From contig NZ_JAQNDM010000002.1 of the NCBI RefSeq assembly GCF_028368975.1, positions 3,186,425 through 3,218,424 of the forward strand: a stretch of 32,000 bases of DNA, in the 5' to 3' direction. The translations under genes were made by a program, and so were the position numbers. Below the pieces are notes generated by a model that ran no database searches, was not told the origin of the DNA, and saw only the letters and a program-made list of their open reading frames with translations. The stretch comes from Stigmatella ashevillensis. Lineage in GTDB: Bacteria; Myxococcota; Myxococcia; Myxococcales; Myxococcaceae. Numbering within the stretch: position 1 is the first letter of the stretch; each line of letters begins with the position of its first letter. This document shows positions 17,503 through 23,300 of this stretch, piece after piece.

Positions 17503-18420
17503 TCAGGCCCCCGCCAGGGGCCGCTCGCGCCAGCGGTCCCACAAGGCCGAGCCCACCTCCGACACCAGCACGCCCAGCACGATGAGGCTGCCCCCGCTCC
17601 ACTCCCGGGGGCCCAGCGTCTCGTATCCCAGCGACACCGAGAAGAGCGCGGCGAACACCGGCTCCAGCGCATAGATGAGGGCCGCGCGCACCGCGCCCGT
17701 GCGGGCCTGGGCCCACGTCTGCACGCTGATCGCGACGGCGCTGCCGAGGACGCCACAGAAGAACACGGCCCCCACGAAAGCCCCTGTCCACGCCACCCGC
17801 GTCTCCACGAAGGGCAGGCACGCCGCCGAGAGCAGCGCCACGCCCCAGAGCTGCACGGCGACGAGCGCGCTGGCCCCTTCCTTCGGCGCGAACCGCCCCG
17901 TCAGGACAATGTGGAGGGCATAGGACACCGAGCCCGCCAGCGTGAGCAGGTCTCCCGAGGAGATCCCCCCGGAGGCCTCCTCGCCCGCGTGCGTGAGAAA
18001 GAAGAGCCCCACGGTCGAGAGCACCACCCCCACCAGCGAGGGGACGCGAGGAACCCGGCGAAAGAGCACCAAGGTCAGCAGCGGAACGAAGAGGACACAC
18101 AGGCCCGTGATGAAGGCCGAGCGCGCGGGCGAGGTGTGCGTCAGCCCCACCGTCTGAAACACGTACCCGCTGAAGAGGAAGAGGGACAGCAGGCCCCCTC
18201 GCCGCAGGTAATCCCCGGAGAGCATCCGCCGCCCCGCCACGGCGCTCAGCACCACGGCCCCCAGGCCAAAGCGCAGCACGAGGAACGAGAAGGGATCTCC
18301 ATGGCCCAACGCGTCCTTCACCACCACGAAGGTGGTGCCCCAAAACACGGTGAGCAGCGCCAGGGCGCCGTCCGCCTGGAGATGGGCGCGACGCTCCCGC
18401 GGTGAAGTCACTTCGGCCAT
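17503..18420 (-). CDS. EamA/DMT-family transporter (about 10 TM)
   Basis: Two EamA-like halves. The sequence is hydrophobic throughout: LLTVFWGTTFVVVKDAL..., ...ALIYALEPVFAALFSVSLGYE... Start at ATG 18420 (MAEVTSPRERRAHLQ). Confidence 0.88.
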   Translation of the reverse strand: MAEVTSPRERRAHLQADGALALLTVFWGTTFVVVKDALGHGDPFSFLVLRFGLGAVVLSAVAGRRMLSGDYLRRGGLLSLFLFSGYVFQTVGLTHTSPARSAFITGLCVLFVPLLTLVLFRRVPRVPSLVGVVLSTVGLFFLTHAGEEASGGISSGDLLTLAGSVSYALHIVLTGRFAPKEGASALVAVQLWGVALLSAACLPFVETRVAWTGAFVGAVFFCGVLGSAVAISVQTWAQARTGAVRAALIYALEPVFAALFSVSLGYETLGPREWSGGSLIVLGVLVSEVGSALWDRWRERPLAGA

Positions 18421-18454
18421 GACGGAGGTCCAGCTAGCACACTTCCCTCGCCCA

Positions 18455-19420
18455 TCAATCCAATGCGCGCTCCAACACCACCAAGGGCTTGCTGCCCCCC
18501 GAGGCATCCCACTCGGCGTTGACCCGCCGGATAAGCTCTGGGGGCGAGAAGCGAAACCCCACCCTCCGGAACGTCCTCAGGGAGGCGGCGTTGTCCTCAT
18601 CGACATCCGCGAAGATGCATTCCTCGCCCTGCTTTCGCGCCGCTTCCACCAGACAGGTAAGGAGCTGGTGGGCCACCCCCATCCTCCGGGCTCTCGGCGC
18701 CACCACCAACGAGCGGACCCAGAGCCCGTCCAGCGCCAGCCCTTCCTCGCGGTAGCTGTCCAGGTAGGCGAACCCACACAGGCGGCCCGCCGAGTCGAAG
18801 GCTCCCGCCGAAGCCCCCACCGCCCCTCCCTCCCGCGCCCACCGGCCCAGCAGTTGGCGGCGCAGGAACACCGAGGAGACCAGGAGCCGTTCCCCGGCGA
18901 ACACCAGGAGCGCGTCCAGATCCTCGGCCCGAAGCAGGCGCACCTCCAGCCGCCCCAACCACCGCGCCCGCACGGGGCGGGACCACCCCGAGAAGGTGAA
19001 GTCCCGCAGCCGCCGAGCCGCGCCCCTCGCCACGGGACGGGCCCACAACGCGGAAGCCAACCGCTGCCCCAGAAAGAGCGAAGGCCGCGTCACGCGGGGC
19101 AAGGGCAAAATCCACCACCCCCGGCGCAGGGCCGTCACACGCCCGAGCGGAACTCCCTCGGGATCTCCGTGGCCCAGCAAGGAGGCCGTCACCAAGGGGC
19201 CCGTGGAAACCACCACGTGCGCGATGAGCCGACGCCCCACCCTCACCAGCGCCACATCGCCCCGGGACAGCTCCTCCGGCCCACAGCGAAGCACCTGGAT
19301 CGAATCTCCGCTGCGCAGCAAGGGATACAGGCTCCGGCCCGCCCCTCGCAGCCAGAGCCGACGGCCCAGAGACGTGGACTCGACGAAGGCCGCGAGATCA
19401 ACCGGGTGTGTGCCAACCAT
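18455..19420 (-). CDS. Fusion protein: N-terminal S24/S26 (signal-peptidase/LexA-like) peptidase domain plus C-terminal GNAT acetyltransferase
   Basis: GRSLYPLLRSGD matches the G-x-S-[ML]-x-P-x-L-x-x-G-D catalytic-Ser box (Ser30). GDVALVRVGRRLIAHVVV resembles the GD...I.HRV strand of His-type S26B enzymes (His68). C-terminal GLWVRSLVVAPRARRMGVAHQLL is GNAT motif A, followed by DNAASLRTFRRVGF. ATG 19420 overlaps the kinase gene by 23 nt. Confidence 0.78.
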   Translation of the reverse strand: MVGTHPVDLAAFVESTSLGRRLWLRGAGRSLYPLLRSGDSIQVLRCGPEELSRGDVALVRVGRRLIAHVVVSTGPLVTASLLGHGDPEGVPLGRVTALRRGWWILPLPRVTRPSLFLGQRLASALWARPVARGAARRLRDFTFSGWSRPVRARWLGRLEVRLLRAEDLDALLVFAGERLLVSSVFLRRQLLGRWAREGGAVGASAGAFDSAGRLCGFAYLDSYREEGLALDGLWVRSLVVAPRARRMGVAHQLLTCLVEAARKQGEECIFADVDEDNAASLRTFRRVGFRFSPPELIRRVNAEWDASGGSKPLVVLERALD

Positions 19421-20165
19421 GAAGCCAGTCCCTCACGAAGCCCGCCGCGGCGGCGTCCTTCCGGAAGACGAACCTGCGGATTTCGACACATGAGAGGATG
19501 CGAACCAACCGCTGGAGCACCTCCCCCTGCGACGCCTCGCCCGGCAGCGGACGGAAGACCTGCGCCATCATCGCCGCAATGGCCTCGGGGGCTGCCACCG
19601 CCTCCAACCGCTCCTCGCCGCCCTTCTCCAGCAACAGCACCGCGGCCAACTGCGCCCGGGCGAGCGACGAGGGCAGATCCAGATCCGAGCAGAACGGGCT
19701 GCCCTCGACGCGCGCCCCGGGGTAGAGCCCGAGCACTTCGTCCGAGAGCACTTCGGCCCCGGCCTCCCGGGCGCACAGCCGGGTGAAGGTGGACTTGCCC
19801 GCCCCGCTGGGCCCGATGGCCACCACCGCCCGTCCCTGGAAGGCCACCCCGGCGGCATGCAGCAACAGGCCTCCCTGGCGCAGCGTGGCCAGTTGCATCC
19901 CCACCCGCAGCGCCAGTTCAGTATCTAGGAAGGCCTGAGGGGGCTCCACCCGCACCACATCGCCCTCTACCCGGAAGCGGGGACCCGAGGGCCGACGAGG
20001 GTCGAGGGGCATGCTCGGCCCCTCGGGCAAGGCCCCCGCCCGGAGACTCAGGCGGGGAGCGCCGTCTTCGGCCAGGAACGGGGCCAACGCGCACCGTGCC
20101 CCTACCTGGGTCAGCAGCCCCTCATCCACTCCCACGCTCCACTCCCCGAACCGCAGTCGCCGCAT
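19398..20165 (-). CDS. HprK-like P-loop kinase (HPr kinase C-terminal-domain family), stand-alone
   Basis: LHAAGVAFQGRAVVAIGPSGAGKSTFTRLCAR..GAEVLSDEVLGL parallels the HprK catalytic core (lHg..v...g.GvLi.G.SG.GKS...L...G..lvaDD). No N-terminal HprK domain is present. Confidence 0.78.
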   Translation of the reverse strand: MRRLRFGEWSVGVDEGLLTQVGARCALAPFLAEDGAPRLSLRAGALPEGPSMPLDPRRPSGPRFRVEGDVVRVEPPQAFLDTELALRVGMQLATLRQGGLLLHAAGVAFQGRAVVAIGPSGAGKSTFTRLCAREAGAEVLSDEVLGLYPGARVEGSPFCSDLDLPSSLARAQLAAVLLLEKGGEERLEAVAAPEAIAAMMAQVFRPLPGEASQGEVLQRLVRILSCVEIRRFVFRKDAAAAGFVRDWLHGWHTPG

Positions 20166-20184
20166 CCGGGACCCTGCCGCCTCT

Positions 20185-20322
20185 TCAGCAGGCCCCCGTC
20201 TCTGGATCGATGATGCAGCTGGGCGTGAAGAGGTCCGGAACGAGAATCCGCTCCGAGCGCACCTGGGGAGGGGCGTAAGCCTTCTTCTTCTCCGCCTTCA
20301 CCGGCTGCACCGTGGTTGCCAT
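20185..20322 (-). CDS. 45-aa candidate precursor/substrate peptide: MATTVQPVKAEKKKAYAPPQVRSERILVPDLFTPSCIIDPETGAC
   Basis: Internal ATG (residue 26) of track ORF 20185..20397. Third-position G+C is 38/45 (84%) by hand count. AAGGAG lies directly upstream. It sits between the giant lipoprotein gene and the kinase gene on the same strand. The 75-nt upstream extension overlaps the giant gene and reads as junk (MEKWTWPWVIVSRIQPGSWC). Confidence 0.6.
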   Translation of the reverse strand: MATTVQPVKAEKKKAYAPPQVRSERILVPDLFTPSCIIDPETGAC

Positions 20323-20325
20323 GGT

Positions 20326-20331
20326 CTCCTT
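20326..20331 (-). promoter_or_regulatory. Shine-Dalgarno (AAGGAG) for the 45-aa peptide gene
   Basis: The minus strand reads GTG TAT TAC TAA GGA GAC C ATG. The SD overlaps the TAA stop of the giant gene. Spacing to the ATG is only 3 nt, which is short. Full AAGGAG sites are uncommon elsewhere in this window. Confidence 0.55.
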
Positions 20332-23300
20332 AGTAATACACCACGACCCGGGCTGGATTCGACTGACTATCACCCACGGCCAGGTCCATTTTTCCATCCC
20401 CGTTGAAGTCCAGAATGGTCAAACTGATTCCAAGCGACGTCGTGGATGCCAGCTTGGACTGCCAGAAGCCATTCTCCTGGGCAAGGTCGAACTCGGCCCC
20501 CGGAATGCCCTGGTTGTAGAAGACGGCCGCGGCGTTCTGCCCGACGACGTTCTGGCCCACGGCGATGTCGACGCGTCCATCTCCGTTCAAGTCCCCCAGG
20601 GCCAGGGCGTTGCCGAAACGGCCGCCACCGACGATCTCCACCGGCGCCGTGGGGAAGCCCGAAGGGCCTCCATCCCGGAACACGAAGACCTTGCTCTGGG
20701 TGGCCGAGGAGGCCACCAGATCCAGCCCCGCGCCCCCCACCAGGTTCACCCCGCCAAAGGCCTCGGTGCCAAAGCCGTTCTGCGAGTTGCCGGTCGTATC
20801 GGGCCCCTGGTGAATCACCTGGAGCGCGTCCGTCGTGGACACGTTCCGGCCCAGGGCGTGAACCGCGGCGCCTGAATAGACATAGAGGTTGTTGACCCGC
20901 TCATGGGAGGCCGGGACGGTGAAATCCGCGACGCCATCGCCCGTGATGTCCCCCAGGCGCACGTAGCCACGGGAGCGTCCGAAGAAGACCATCCCCGTGG
21001 GGGCCGTGAAGACCTTGTCGGACTTGCTCGTGGGCACGACGCAGGCGGAGGTGGCGTTGCAGCCTGTTCCCAAGGCCCGCCAAGCCTCCGGCGTGCGGCT
21101 GTAGAAGAGGTAGACCTTTCCGGGCGTCTCGCCGTGCGAGCTGAGCAGCAGCTCATGAAGCCCGTCCCCGTTGATGTCCTGGATCATCTTCACCGAGCCG
21201 CCCAGCGTGGCCCCGGTGATGGCCGTGTCATGCCGGAACTCGATGGGGGCCGTCGTGTCCAGCACCTGGCCCTTCCGGCCAAAGTAGAGGAACGCCCGGC
21301 CGGAGTTGGACGTCCAGCCACGAGAGCCCACCAGCAGGTCCGCCACCGGCTCCGAGGTGGCGTTGCCGACATCACCGACATCGAAGTCACTCCCATAGGC
21401 TTGAGCGCCCGTCTCCGGGACCGTCAATTCCTGCCGAACCGGCGGGGAGCCCACCGGATCGCTGCTGCCGTAGTACACGTACGCCGAGCCCGGATTGCCC
21501 AGGACGCCTGTCACGATCAGGTCTTCCCTGCCATCCGCGTTCAGATCTCCCCGGGCGGTAATATAGGTGGCGTAGCTGTTGCTCGGGACGCCTGGGTTCG
21601 TCACCGTCACCTGCCGCCAGAAGTTGTCGATCTGTGGCTGCACCGCGAAGGGCGCGTAGTTGCCAATCTCGTCCCGGGGACGGAGCTGGATGGAGTAACG
21701 GGCCAGGGGCGGCAACGTCAGCGTGTAGGCCGTGGACGTGGCAGGCAGCAGCGCTCCCGTTTCCTGCTTCACCTTCCCGCCGAAGAAGGTCGCCTCGTTC
21801 TCGATGCCGTTCAGAAGCTGGGCGTTGACCGTCCACCGCAGGTCATAGCCCACCCCCATGCCGGACAGCCCGTCATCTCCACTCGCCGTCCACGACACCT
21901 GCACCTTGGCCGCCCGCTCCTGGCCGGGCACCAACGCCATCGTCACGGTGGGCGCCGCGGGAGGCACCACGTCCACGGTGGCCGTGACGGTGTGGCGCGC
22001 CGTGTTCCCGGACGCATCCACCACGCGCACCTCGAGCGTGCCATCCGTGTTGTGCGGCAACGTCACGGGAAGCTCCAGGGTCTCCGGCGAGGCGGAGATC
22101 GTGAACTCCGAGGAGACGGAAGCTCCCTTGTAGAGCGCCTGCACCGTGCTGCCCACGCCCTGCGTCACGGTGAGTGTGAACACCGCATTGGCATCCCCGC
22201 CCGGGGACATGTCCACCACGCGGTCCGGTGCAGGAGATGGGAAGAGATAGGCGTTGGTGCTCGCGACGAAGAAGAGCGCCGTGGGGGAGGGAGAGATGGA
22301 GGTGATGAGCGGGGGCGTGATGTCCACCGTCACGTCCACGAAGTCGACAGCCCTCAGCCCCGAGATGTTGAACACCTCCACGGCCAGGCGTGTCTGATCG
22401 CCGTCCGCGAGCGTCACATCGAAGAAGAACGCCCCCGTCGCCGGATCCGCGGTGACGGCATCCTCCGGTGTGGTCGAGCCTCCCTTGTAGAGAATCACCT
22501 CGCGGCCATTGCATGCCGGCGTGATACCGGCCAGGCGGTACTGCAACCCCGCCGCCGAGGGGTCCAGATCGTCCTGGGCAAGCAACGTGGCCACCGGCTC
22601 ACTCGGCGTGGTGAGCGTGATGGCACAGCCAGGGATTTTCACATCGACGTTGGCCTTGGAATCACTGCCCGCGTTTCCAGCGGTATCACGGGCCACGGCC
22701 GAGACGGTCTGCACGCCCACGGGGAAGTTGAGCGTGCCTTGCGCGACTCCCGAGACGACCGGCAGGGTCCCCACCACCGCGGCGGGAGCGCTCCCCACCT
22801 GCGAGAGGATGCTCACCGTGCTCACGTCCCCTCCTGCCACATTGACCTGAACGGGGATGTCCGTGTTGTCGTAGACAGCGCTCGCCGCGGGGGCCACCAG
22901 CGTCACGGTGGGGGCTTCCAGATCCACCGTCAGGGTCCGGACCACCGAGGTCTCGTTGCCCGAGGTGTCCACGGCAACCACCGAGAGCGTGTACTCCGTC
23001 TTGCCTGTGCCCGGCACGGTGAACTCATGCGTGGCCACCAGCTCGGAAGGCGTCAGCGACACCGGATTTCCCCCCGGGGAGAGCAACATCCGCACACCGC
23101 CCGCGCCCACGTCCGCGCTCGTGTTGATGGCCGCCCGGAGCTGGAAGCCGACGGCCGTCGAGCCGTCATCCGCGAGGCCGAACTCGGTGCGCGTGGGCGC
23201 GCTCACCACCAACGAAGGCGGGACTCGGTCCAGGCGGAAGGCGAAGAAGGCCGCCGTGTTGAGCGGATAGAAGGGGGTCGGATTGAGCACCCGGTTCTGA

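Noticed and set aside
17288-19786. 351-aa minus-strand ORF (17288..18343) and 484-aa plus-strand ORF (18332..19786)
   Set aside because: One is off-frame and the other antisense relative to the EamA, peptidase-GNAT and kinase genes. Both are low-complexity Pro/Arg/Gly-rich translations.
20323-20397. Longer 70-aa version of the small peptide ORF
   Set aside because: The extra 25 codons overlap the end of the giant gene and read MEKWTWPWVIVSRIQPGSWCITKET, with no RBS. The internal ATG has AAGGAG directly upstream.
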